42,259 nt of DNA, taken from NCBI GenBank assembly GCA_965233585.1, contig CBDDTI010000437.1, positions 1 to 42,259 on the forward strand. Direction: 5' to 3'. Of this stretch, positions 19,822-29,087 are shown one piece after another. Made by a program: the position numbers and the translations under genes. Below the pieces are notes generated by a model that had not been told where the DNA came from, made no database searches, and worked only from the letters and a program-made list of their open reading frames with translations. The stretch's first letter is position 1. The number at the start of each line of letters is the position of its first letter. The stretch is from a bacterium (GTDB lineage Bacteria > SAR324 > NAC60-12).

Positions 19822-20364
19822 TCATTCAATTTTATATTTTTTTAATAATTTAATAATAATTTTTATTCCTTGTTTAGCATCTTCTTCGCTGGAGGCTCCA
19901 ATTATAACTATTTTTCCTGACGAAAATATTAAAGCTGAACATTTTTTTATTTTTAAAAATACGCCTGGGAATTTTTCTGGATCATATCTCTTAAGAATAA
20001 TTTCAAAATCTTTATTCGATTTTAAATGGTTGTATAATTTTAATAATTTAATCTCTTCTTTTGATTGATACAAACAAGTCATGTTTTCTACTTTAAATAT
20101 TTCAACAACAAATTCGTTACTTATAATAAATTTTAGTTCGTCTAATGCTTTCGCAATGTGTTCTGTAGAGGGGATTTTTGTAATGTTTACGTGAAAATGA
20201 CGATTTTGCTTTGTTTTGGTAAATATAATAAAGGAATATTTTTTTCTTATTACAACAAAATTATTATAACGTTTTATTGTATTATCAGTATTAAAAGAGA
20301 TTTCGTCGCTGTTGATAAGATGAACTTTACAACTAATTTTTACATTGCTGACCAACACTTCCAT
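19822..20364 (-). CDS. TBP: TATA-binding protein-like (180 aa)
   Basis: Two-repeat structure VSNVKIS / VENMTCL. The second repeat YDPEKFPGVFLK...ALIFSSGKIVIIGASSEED is canonical TBP. ATG at 20364. Confidence 0.92.
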   Translation of the reverse strand: MEVLVSNVKISCKVHLINSDEISFNTDNTIKRYNNFVVIRKKYSFIIFTKTKQNRHFHVNITKIPSTEHIAKALDELKFIISNEFVVEIFKVENMTCLYQSKEEIKLLKLYNHLKSNKDFEIILKRYDPEKFPGVFLKIKKCSALIFSSGKIVIIGASSEEDAKQGIKIIIKLLKKYKIE

Positions 20365-20370
20365 TTTGTT

Positions 20371-21714
20371 ATGGGCGTACCTGAAAAAAGTGGAATTGCC
20401 GGATTGGCCGTTGAACAAAACGACGGCACCGAAAGTGGTTTAGCGCTTCACTCACCGTTAGAAGTAGAAACGGGTTTATTAGATGGAGCTCACGTTATTT
20501 ACAATAGCGTGGCTTCTATTACCAACACCGGACCGGTCGAATTTCTTGTTCCTCGCGATAACGAATGCTCTTTTATACTGAATCAAACCAGACTTAGCGG
20601 CTATTTTGTAGTGACAAATGACGATGGTGAACAGGTAAAAAATGATACTAAAGCCACACTGGCTAATCATTTTGCCGCTTGTTTATTCAGCCAAGTAGAA
20701 GTATATTTAAACGGGGTCCAAGTAGCTGATTTAAGTTCAGCGGTCACTTATCCTTGGAGAATGTTCATACAATCATTTTTAAGTTACAATTCAGAGGTGA
20801 AAAAAACTTATCTGGCTGCTGAAGGGTATTATCCCGAAAATGCTGACGAAGTTGATACCATAAATCTTACAGCCGCCACACCTTCTTTGAATAAAAGAAA
20901 GCAGTTAATTATGGACGGTAAAAAAGTGTATTTTAATACGCGCTTAGCCGTTGATCTGTTTGACACCGACAGATTTTTACCCCCAAATGTGGATATCAAA
21001 ATCAAGCTGGTTAGATCCGCTGAAAAGTTTGGTTTGCTTCAAGATGCTGCGGCAGAAAAACCTTTTAAAATTGTTTTAAAAGATGTTAAACTACATATGA
21101 GAAAAGTGTTGCCCACATTATTGCTGAGAGAAAGTTTTAAAAACAAACTTTTAAAAGAACCGTGCTACCTACCTTTTAGCGCTACACGTTTAAGACATTA
21201 TGTTATTCCTCAAGGTGTGTCGTCCTTCAACATCGCTAATATCGCTAATGGTACTTTACCGAAACAAGTGTTTTTTGTGATGGTTCACAATCAAGCCATG
21301 TCACACGCCCCGGACAAAAACCCTTTCAACTTTCAACATTTTAATCTGTCTACTTTTAATTTAAAAAAGAACGGTCAATGCGTATTTCCCAGACCATTTC
21401 AACCTAATATAAACGAGGGGGACGCCATTGACTTGTATCGGCATTTATACGACAGTATTGGCATTTCGCACGGCAATCAATCCATCGGTTTAACGTATGA
21501 ACAATATTTAAAAGGAAGATTTTTTCTAGCGGCCGATTTAACACCGGATCAATGTAATTCGTTCCACGTGCATCCAGAAAATTACGGAAATTTAGATTTA
21601 GAATTGGCTTTTTCCGTAATAACTCCTCATCCTATATACGTCCTGGCTTTTTCTGTTTTCAACTCCGGCATCAAAATAGATCAATTCCAACAAGTTATAA
21701 AAGGAACAAATTAA
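20371..21714 (+). CDS. Major capsid protein (double jelly-roll, Polinton PY), 447 aa
   Basis: GPVEFLVP, LFSQVEVYLNG, TYPWR, PPNVDIKIKLVRS, NPFNFQHFN, DLTPD and GNLDLEL match the Polinton MCP. Likely ATG at 20371. Confidence 0.92.
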   Translation: MGVPEKSGIAGLAVEQNDGTESGLALHSPLEVETGLLDGAHVIYNSVASITNTGPVEFLVPRDNECSFILNQTRLSGYFVVTNDDGEQVKNDTKATLANHFAACLFSQVEVYLNGVQVADLSSAVTYPWRMFIQSFLSYNSEVKKTYLAAEGYYPENADEVDTINLTAATPSLNKRKQLIMDGKKVYFNTRLAVDLFDTDRFLPPNVDIKIKLVRSAEKFGLLQDAAAEKPFKIVLKDVKLHMRKVLPTLLLRESFKNKLLKEPCYLPFSATRLRHYVIPQGVSSFNIANIANGTLPKQVFFVMVHNQAMSHAPDKNPFNFQHFNLSTFNLKKNGQCVFPRPFQPNINEGDAIDLYRHLYDSIGISHGNQSIGLTYEQYLKGRFFLAADLTPDQCNSFHVHPENYGNLDLELAFSVITPHPIYVLAFSVFNSGIKIDQFQQVIKGTN

Positions 21715-21717
21715 ATC

Positions 21718-22200
21718 ATGGAAAACGGATTATCAAATATCTTTTTATCCAATTATATTCAACCAAGATGTAAATATTTCATCGGGGTTTTTTCAAGCGA
21801 TAATTTGCCGTCTGATTCGCTTAAGTTGCCTTGTTGCTTAATCACTAACTTATCAAAAAAAAATCAAAAAGGATCACATTTCATAGCGATGTATATTAAC
21901 GGAAAAAATCAACTCTATTATTTTGATTCATTCGGTTTTTTACCGCCGATATGGAATCGATCTTTAATGAAGTTCTTACGACCTTGGATAGAAAAAAACT
22001 CATTCAAAACAATTCTGTCTTACTCCATTCAGGATTTTCATTCATTGTTTTGCGGCTGGTACGTGACCGCTTTTTGTTTATCCGTGGGCAACAATTTAAT
22101 GTCTCCTCAACAATTTGTTAAAATATTTGTAAAAAAACCCAAAATAAAAAATGATGAAATTGTAACTCATTTTATAAAAAAACTTGAAAATAAACGATGA
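21718..22200 (+). CDS. Adenain-family cysteine protease (virion maturation)
   Basis: FIGVFSSD, GSHF (His), YFDSFG (Asp), IQ....FCG (Gln/Cys). Confidence 0.95.
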   Translation: MENGLSNIFLSNYIQPRCKYFIGVFSSDNLPSDSLKLPCCLITNLSKKNQKGSHFIAMYINGKNQLYYFDSFGFLPPIWNRSLMKFLRPWIEKNSFKTILSYSIQDFHSLFCGWYVTAFCLSVGNNLMSPQQFVKIFVKKPKIKNDEIVTHFIKKLENKR

Positions 22201-22217
22201 TATATATTTTACTTTTA

Positions 22218-23063
22218 TTATAATTTTGGGTATTTTCCCGGAAAAAGTAATTTTTTTTTAACAGCATCTGCATCAGTTTTTGAAAGTTTTTTTGATTTAG
22301 ATCTAGTTTGTACGGGAGAAATAGTAAAAGTTTTCTTTTTTGCACCTCCTGATCCTGTTTTAAGGGATGACATTGAAACTGAAGGAGATTTTGATGCTTG
22401 TGAAGAGACCGAGGCTATATCTTTACCGATTTTTTCTGTGTCAAATATAGACAATTCTTTCATATGATCTCTTACAAGGTGTTTGCCGAATTGCGCATCG
22501 TCAACATACTGCTTCCCGCATGCGCTAAAAGGACAAACTATTTTGCCGTCTGAATTTTTTTGTGTCAAAGCCTTTATAATAGGCGAATTTCGCCATTCTG
22601 GCACGTCAGAACTTAAAGTATCGTCCTTGCTTTTTGGTTTTGAAGCGGTATAAAACAAGTCTGGATCGGGTTCTCTTTCCATAATGGGAGTAGTGGGTGA
22701 AAACTGAGCGGTATTTTCTTTTTGTTGGGGAGTTTGAGCGGTTGTTGATCTTGAAATAGATTGGTACGTGCGACCCGCACTGCTATCGATTTGTACTGGC
22801 GGCATAACATTCGATATATTATCAGAACCAAAACGATACAATTTATCGCCGCTTTGATTCATTTTTTGCCTGTCTTGTAAATTTTTAAAATTAATGGCAT
22901 TTTCAATGTAATTGGTCGTATTTGGTTTTTCATTCATAGAAATAAGTTCTTTTTTTGTTTCATTATCTTCTATATTTTTTATTAAAGAATGATATAGCCT
23001 TTTGGGGACTAAAAACATAGAGTATATTTCATCATTTGTTTTTCTTTTCACGCCTGAACTCAT
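22218..23063 (-). CDS. Polinton hypothetical protein with a C2H2 zinc finger and basic tail
   Basis: ATG at 23063 just after the PW stop. N-terminal MFLVP motif typical of the ORF following PW. Zinc finger CPFSACGKQY....FGKHLVRDH. Confidence 0.75.
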   Translation of the reverse strand: MSSGVKRKTNDEIYSMFLVPKRLYHSLIKNIEDNETKKELISMNEKPNTTNYIENAINFKNLQDRQKMNQSGDKLYRFGSDNISNVMPPVQIDSSAGRTYQSISRSTTAQTPQQKENTAQFSPTTPIMEREPDPDLFYTASKPKSKDDTLSSDVPEWRNSPIIKALTQKNSDGKIVCPFSACGKQYVDDAQFGKHLVRDHMKELSIFDTEKIGKDIASVSSQASKSPSVSMSSLKTGSGGAKKKTFTISPVQTRSKSKKLSKTDADAVKKKLLFPGKYPKL

Positions 23064-23067
23064 CCTT

Positions 23068-23442
23068 TTAACGACGACGTTGTAAGCTTTTTTTTGCAAT
23101 AATTTGAGCTAAAATAGGGACGATAATGCTGGCAATTGTTGATAAAGTTCCTAAAATTCCGCCCCTTTGTAGTATTATTCTTTTTTTTGAAATGTCGGAA
23201 GAGCGACGAGGCGGCGTGGCAAGACGTCTAAACTCCCCTAAATGAGCTCTTATTTTTTTCTGAAGTCGTGTTCGCACTTCGCCATGTAAGGGCAATTCAC
23301 CGTTCAAAACGTAATGTAAAATACGACAAAGCAATTCAACGCCGCGATCGTCCAAATAATTTAAAAAATTTGCGCAATCTTGATGTTTTAATTTTTTTAT
23401 TGCATTAAAAAGCGAACTAGCTTTTTCTAATTTTTTTGACAT
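23068..23442 (-). CDS. Polinton PW-like basic core protein
   Basis: LC.I...VLNGELPL and KKRIILQRGGILG followed by a hydrophobic tail; located downstream of the ATPase. Confidence 0.8.
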   Translation of the reverse strand: MSKKLEKASSLFNAIKKLKHQDCANFLNYLDDRGVELLCRILHYVLNGELPLHGEVRTRLQKKIRAHLGEFRRLATPPRRSSDISKKRIILQRGGILGTLSTIASIIVPILAQIIAKKSLQRRR

Positions 23443-23489
23443 TTTAACAGTAATTGTTTTTAATTTTTCTTAAATAGATATGAAATTTT

Positions 23490-24185
23490 TTAAACAGTAA
23501 CGTAGGCTTTCATTAATCCTTCATAAGAAAAGATGTTACTTCGAATTCTGACTTTATCGTCTTGCTGTTGATGGAAATCTAGAAGAAGATATCCGTGACT
23601 TCGGCCGTTAACTGCTTCTCTATATGCTTTATTTAAAATTCCAACACGACCGGGAAAAATTTGTTTTGCCAAATGTGTGATGGCGCTTCTGTCCCGTGGA
23701 TTGTTAAAAAGGATCATGTATTGCGTATTTATGCTCAATGTCCGTAAATCGCCTTTTTTGTCAAATAAATTTTGGCAAAGAAAAACGGTGAAACAATTGT
23801 AATGATGAGTCAAAACCGTAAAAAAATGTTTTAATATTTGCCCAACATCGTCTAAATAATCGTCAAAAACAATCAATTTGGGCATTTTTCTCGGATATAA
23901 TTCTAAAATATCTTTCAACTCTTCAATTGAATTTGGAATATTTTTGAATTTACGAAAAGACGGAAATTGCGTGTCAGAACCTTTGCCCTCGTTCATGTCA
24001 TCTTCCATGTACTGATATGCTTTTTGCGGCTCCTTGTAAAACAACAACATTGTTTCAGGCGGAGTTGCAAAATACTCGTGTCGACGAAGCACTAAATGTT
24101 TTAACCACGTTGTTTTTCCGCTTGATGTTGGACCGACAACCAACATGTTGGACGGAATATTAAACCTCAAATCAAAACCGTTCAT
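23490..24185 (-). CDS. A32/FtsK-like DNA packaging ATPase
   Basis: Walker A GPTSSGKT, Walker B LIVFDD, QNLF, RTLSINTQY...NPRD, GYLLLD. Confidence 0.95.
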   Translation of the reverse strand: MNGFDLRFNIPSNMLVVGPTSSGKTTWLKHLVLRRHEYFATPPETMLLFYKEPQKAYQYMEDDMNEGKGSDTQFPSFRKFKNIPNSIEELKDILELYPRKMPKLIVFDDYLDDVGQILKHFFTVLTHHYNCFTVFLCQNLFDKKGDLRTLSINTQYMILFNNPRDRSAITHLAKQIFPGRVGILNKAYREAVNGRSHGYLLLDFHQQQDDKVRIRSNIFSYEGLMKAYVTV

Positions 24186-24242
24186 TTTTTTAATTTTAAA
24201 AAAGAAACTACAAAATTTTCTTTTAAATAAAAGTAATGATTT

Positions 24243-27200
24243 TTATTTACAAATTTGGCATTTAGACATTTTGTTGTTAACAATAAGGCAATTTCCTAGC
24301 GATAAAGTGTGACATCCACAATTTAAAACATATCTTTTAGAATCCATTGCCGACAACGCAATTTTTCTTTGAAAACACGTTCGGATTTTGTGATTTTTTG
24401 ATCTTAAATTTTTAAAAGATTTGTAAATTACAACAGTTTGCTTTAAGCACTTTTTGTAATCTGCATAAGTTAATTGCTTTTTTATACTAGATTTTTTTAA
24501 ACCTTTGCATACTTTTTTCTCATCAGTTTTGTTTTTGTCCAAAAAATCGACTATTTTCATTGAATAACATTTTGGACGTAAGCCTATAAAATCAGTAATA
24601 GCCGCTCTACCTTTTAATTCATCTTTGAAATAAAAAAGTTGATTGGCTTTACTGTTGTCAAAAAGTGGATGTTGTTTAGGGTACTTTGAAAAATCAAACA
24701 TGTGTTTCAATCTCTTCATTTCCCTTTCCAAATTGTTGCATGTAACTTTTAAAAGAAAAGAATCCGTGTCCGAAAAACACAAAGACACATTGTCTTTGCC
24801 GAAATGTTTTTGAATGGTGTCATAGTATGATCTGTACATGAACAACTTGGACAACTCCAGAATGGAAAATCCGACGGCTAAAGGCTTTCTAAGCTCTATC
24901 ATTGCCGGCTTCTTGTTGACAGCCACCAAATTCTCATTAATAATTTGAAAATTGTTGATGTGTTGACCAAGACTGGCTTTCCTCAAGCTTTTTTCATCTC
25001 CACAAAGCACCACTTCGATGTAATTTCGAACATTTTCTGAAAAATATAAAATTAAATAAATATTTTATAAAGAATACAACATTTTTTATAAAAATTCATT
25101 ATAAAGTGTGTAGGAGTTTGGAGATTTATTTTTTAAAAACTTCCTAAAACCATGTGGCAATTTTCAAAACAAACTTTCAAAACAAAAAAAAAGAAAGAGG
25201 ACAGTGATGATGATGATGATGATGATGATGAAGAGAGGATATATGAGGTTGAAGGATGAGGAGGACGACGACGAGCAGTGGCTGCTGAAGGAGGAGAAGG
25301 AGGAGAAAAAGAACCGGAGACCGGGGGGCGTAATCGGACGGATCCGGTCGGCCGTGGCCGGCATTTTCCGCCGCCTGATGCTCCGCCGCCCGCTGCCGCC
25401 TCCGCCACCGCCAGCGCCGCTGCCGTTGCATTCTCTGTTAGCGTTGCTGTGCTTGCCGCCAGCGGCGCTGGCGGCGGGAGGCGGCAGCGGTCGCGCTGTC
25501 CGAGGCCTTCAAAACGAAAATTTTATTGCGCCTGACGTGCCCACCGGCATTCTTGTTGATCTCCCCACCAACACCAACGTCCCCACCGAGGTGCCCACCG
25601 AGGTCCCTACCGAGGTCCCCACCGAGTCCCCATCGAGGTGCTCACCGAGGCCCCCACCGAGTCCCCCATCGAGGTGCCTCATCGAGGCCCCCACCGAGTC
25701 CCCCATCGAGGTGCTCATCGAGGCCCCCACCGAGTCCCCCATCGAGATGCTCATCGAGGCCCCCACCGAGTCCCCCATCGAAATGCTCATCGAGGCCCCC
25801 ATTGAAGTCCCCACCGCTGAAATTCCCTCCAATGTCCCCATCGATGTGCTCATTGACGTCCCCGTCCCCATCGAGGCGCCCACCGAGACCCCCACCGAGT
25901 TCCCCACCGAGGCGTTTGTCGAATTTCCCATCGAGATCCCCACCGACAACCCCATCGAGGCTCCCATCCCCATTAGACTCCCCGCTGACGACAGATCTTT
26001 TGCCGCCAGACGTCGGGCGACGGAGATTGTCCGCCTGGCTAAAATCCGGGCGGCGGAAAACCGGATGGCGGATTTTGACGGGGAGGTCATCACCGTGGAG
26101 GCTGAGGTTCACGCGCCTCCCGACAACATTGAAGATGCGAATGAGCGTGTGGTGTGTACTGCCAACACATTTTGCACTAAATATTGGCAGTACCACCACA
26201 CGCTTGTGCAAATATAAAAATACAAAAAAGATTTAAATCCGGGTATTTACTTACCGATAAACTTTCCAAAAGTAGAGTTGGCAAAAAGCTTAAAAAGTCG
26301 AAGTTCAAAATCGTTGCGGGCGTTTGATCGTAGCATCGTGACCTTTTCAATAAACTCTTTTAAAAAAGCTTTTTGCCGAAACTTCACAGCTCTTCTTATC
26401 CTCAACAGTTTCATGCCTTTTTTCAAATAATATTGTAGATTTTCCAGATGCACCACGTACTTTTTTCGATCATAAAAAGTGCTCAACAGTTTCTTGCTTC
26501 GGTATCTTTTGTTCTTATAATCTCGAGGGTTAAGATGTTTTAGTAAACGACGATTATAAGGAGACAGATGTTTGTAAGAAACCGTGTCTGTATACGGAGC
26601 CAGCGGAAATTGATCATGTGTCTGTAAATATTTTACCGTTTATCAAAATGCAAAACGTGTTAAAAAGATCAGATTTACCGGGTGAAGATGAGGAGGATAA
26701 TGCAAATCAACTTCGAATGCGTACCCGGTCTCGTCTTGAGAAGGAATCTTGATAATATCTTTGGCAGTCCATTTTTCAAGATCTTTTTTTGCAACCCACT
26801 CGAAATCAGAAACTGGCAATTTTAAAGTTTCCATGCTCCCGTACAAGTTGTTTGCTAAAAAGTCACCGATTTAAAATAAATAGATTAATCAAACGATGCA
26901 GTATAAAATTACCGTCAATGTAAAGTAAATGATCGCCACTTTTTCTCGGATTGCTGTTTCCTTTTGCATAACGCTGAGAGATAAAGCTTTGTCCGCCTCT
27001 GATACCCTTTGTGAAAAAGTGCTCCATTTCAGGATCGGAATAGATATCCAGAGATCCTAGAGGTTTGGAAGATTCACCCGCGAGGTTATCTTTTGTTGTT
27101 GTAGCTCGTTCAGAATTTTGATAGAACATAAGCATAACATCAAAACTTAGTCCAGGAATTCCTAAATTAAACGAAATAAATTTCATATTTAAACTTTATA

Positions 27201-29037
27201 TGTCAAGCAACAGAAAAGAAATTTACCTAAGTAATAGATTGGATCCAATTGAAAATGTTCCATAACCATTTTTCTGTATTGAAGAAACGCTTCACATAGC
27301 AGGATAACATCCAAAGAACAATAAAGCATCATGTAATCCGCCACATTCTTGCACTTGAACAGTTTGAAGACTTCTTGCGCATGAGAATAATCCGTTTCTG
27401 AGATGTGTTCTTCATTTAATTCAGAATAAAAAGCATCTTTGGTTGGGAGGTTTCGACTCTTTTTCATTTCTTGTAATGATTGAAAATGCTCGTAACAAAA
27501 AATGCCTTTTCTTTTTAAAAGTTTAAAAGCTTTTGATTTTTGACGGATAGGAATTTTTTTGAATCTTTCCATCTGTTGTAAAATAGGGAAAGAAAAGTTT
27601 GAAGTTTGATTTAAATCTTGGACAAGAGCGTCTAAGCTGGCAGATATGTGCTCTAATGAATCCTGAATTTTGAATCTGCCTAATGTAAGAGTGCGGAATT
27701 TCTCACTGTTTCTAGCCAAGACTTCCGGCATTCTCTTGAATCGGCGAATGTTTAACTCTTCTATGATCAGATGCAAATCGTATCTGAAACGTTTAATTTG
27801 TAAAATTGATTGGAAAAAATAAAATAAATAAAAAATTTTACCCTTGAGCGTTGTGAAAAAAAATTGGCGTATGATAGGGTCCGGATCTTGTCAAATTGCA
27901 CAGCGAATGAGCCGCACCCATTATTTTTCCTGTGACATGATCGTGATCCAAAACCTTTCTATACTTTTTAGGATGGGTAGCAAATCGAAGACCGCATATA
28001 TGACAAACGGTTGCTTTTCGAAACATTTGCCATTCCTCCTGGGTGGCTTGAGTTTTGAGAACATCTCTGAATTTTTGTTTTCTTTCTTCAACAACTTTTT
28101 CGTAGAGAGGTATCCGATCCAAAAAACGTTTAGCCGCATCCTCTCCTAAATATTCTTCTTGAAAGAATACTTCATTTTCGGAGTCCACAAAAATCAGGCT
28201 GTAGCCTACCGGTCTATGCACATTTATATCGTCACTTGTGGGAAAAGCACATAAGCATTCCAATTTAGAACAAAGTCGACATTTAGATCGTTCCTTGTTT
28301 CTTTGAAGTACACTTTCAAAATCACAAAATCCCACAACAGGCGCTTTAAACTTATGTTTGTGGTTAGAAAAACTTATAGCAGCATTTTTGCCAGGATAAA
28401 TGGTGCGTTGCTTATCGTAGCAAATCCGCTCATGCTTTTCTTTCTTGGATTTTGATCGGAAACGCAGCAGACATTTTTCACAGTGGATGTACTTCTGTTG
28501 ACCCGCTTTGTTAATCGACAACAGTCCGGCCCGATTATTCAAAAAACCTTGGAGTTTTGTAATTTTAAAGAAATGATGCTGTTGATTTAAATCTTTGATT
28601 TTTTTAGGAAACTTGGAAGGAAAACTCGATTTTTTGGGACGGGAATTACTAGAAATTTTATCGGAAGAGATTTTAGGATCGTGTTTTATCATTAACAAAT
28701 GTAGAGTATTTTCTCTCCTATCGTTGTTTTTGTTAGTAATAAACCCTAACTTTGAAACGTGGCCTTCACTCTCATAAAGTACGGAAATTGAAATTGGTAA
28801 ATGACGATTTCTATACAAAAATTTTTTTATGTCACAAAATTGAAGAGGAAACGTAAAACCTTTTATGTTAAATTTTTTAAGATATTTTACTGGCATTTGA
28901 CGAAAATCTGTAATGGAAGCAGTTTCTGGAAAAAGATGTCTAATGTACAGATAAAGAAAGTTGAATTTATCATATCGAGTATTCCATTCCAAGCAGTTAG
29001 ATCTTTTTAAATTTCGCGGAATTTCTATAAAATCCAT
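24243..29037 (-). CDS. polB: Protein-primed family B DNA polymerase, 6 exons, 1112 aa
   Basis: Exons 29037-27842, 27783-27227, 27161-26913, 26854-26679, 26621-26255 and 25036-24243. All introns are GT-AG. Splicing restores HNAQGYD (Exo II), IDANNLYG (motif A), LHPTHDQFPLAP and KLFANSTFGKFIENVR (motif B). DTDS, Exo I DFES, a C2H2 finger and an Endo VII-like CHIC..DHDH..CNL are also present. Confidence 0.93.
25207..26217 (+). CDS. Nested antisense GC-rich ORF with Pro/Glu/Thr repeats inside pPolB intron 5
   Basis: A ~336-codon frame lying wholly within intron 25037-26254. Compensating -1/+1 indels in the repeat keep the frame. The start within the ATG run is uncertain. Confidence 0.5.
   Translation: MMMMMMMMKRGYMRLKDEEDDDEQWLLKEEKEEKKNRRPGGVIGRIRSAVAGIFRRLMLRRPLPPPPPPAPLPLHSLLALLCLPPAALAAGGGSGRAVRGLQNENFIAPDVPTGILVDLPTNTNVPTEVPTEVPTEVPTESPSRCSPRPPPSPPSRCLIEAPTESPIEVLIEAPTESPIEMLIEAPTESPIEMLIEAPIEVPTAEIPSNVPIDVLIDVPVPIEAPTETPTEFPTEAFVEFPIEIPTDNPIEAPIPIRLPADDRSFAARRRATEIVRLAKIRAAENRMADFDGEVITVEAEVHAPPDNIEDANERVVCTANTFCTKYWQYHHTLVQI
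25575..25975 (+). repeat. 12-bp-based / 36-bp tandem repeat
   Basis: ATCGAGGCCCCCACCGAGTCCCCCATCGAGRTGCTC units and CCCACCGAGGTN subunits. Confidence 0.85.
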
Positions 29038-29087
29038 TTCCAAAGCTTACTTGAATTTTTTATATACAACAAAATAAGTCCTTTAAA

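Noticed and set aside
20158..20370. 71-aa N-terminal extension of MCP and 18-aa extension of TBP in the ORF track
   Set aside because: They start at non-ATG codons and overlap the opposite gene. Family-like sequence begins at ATG 20371 and ATG 20364.
25133..26236. Multiple alternative-frame ORFs in the large intron
   Set aside because: GC-rich repeats lack stops in several frames. Only the longest plus-strand frame was kept, at moderate confidence.
24243..29043. pPolB as a fragmented pseudogene
   Set aside because: Every break is bounded by GT-AG, and splicing restores the frame and catalytic motifs.
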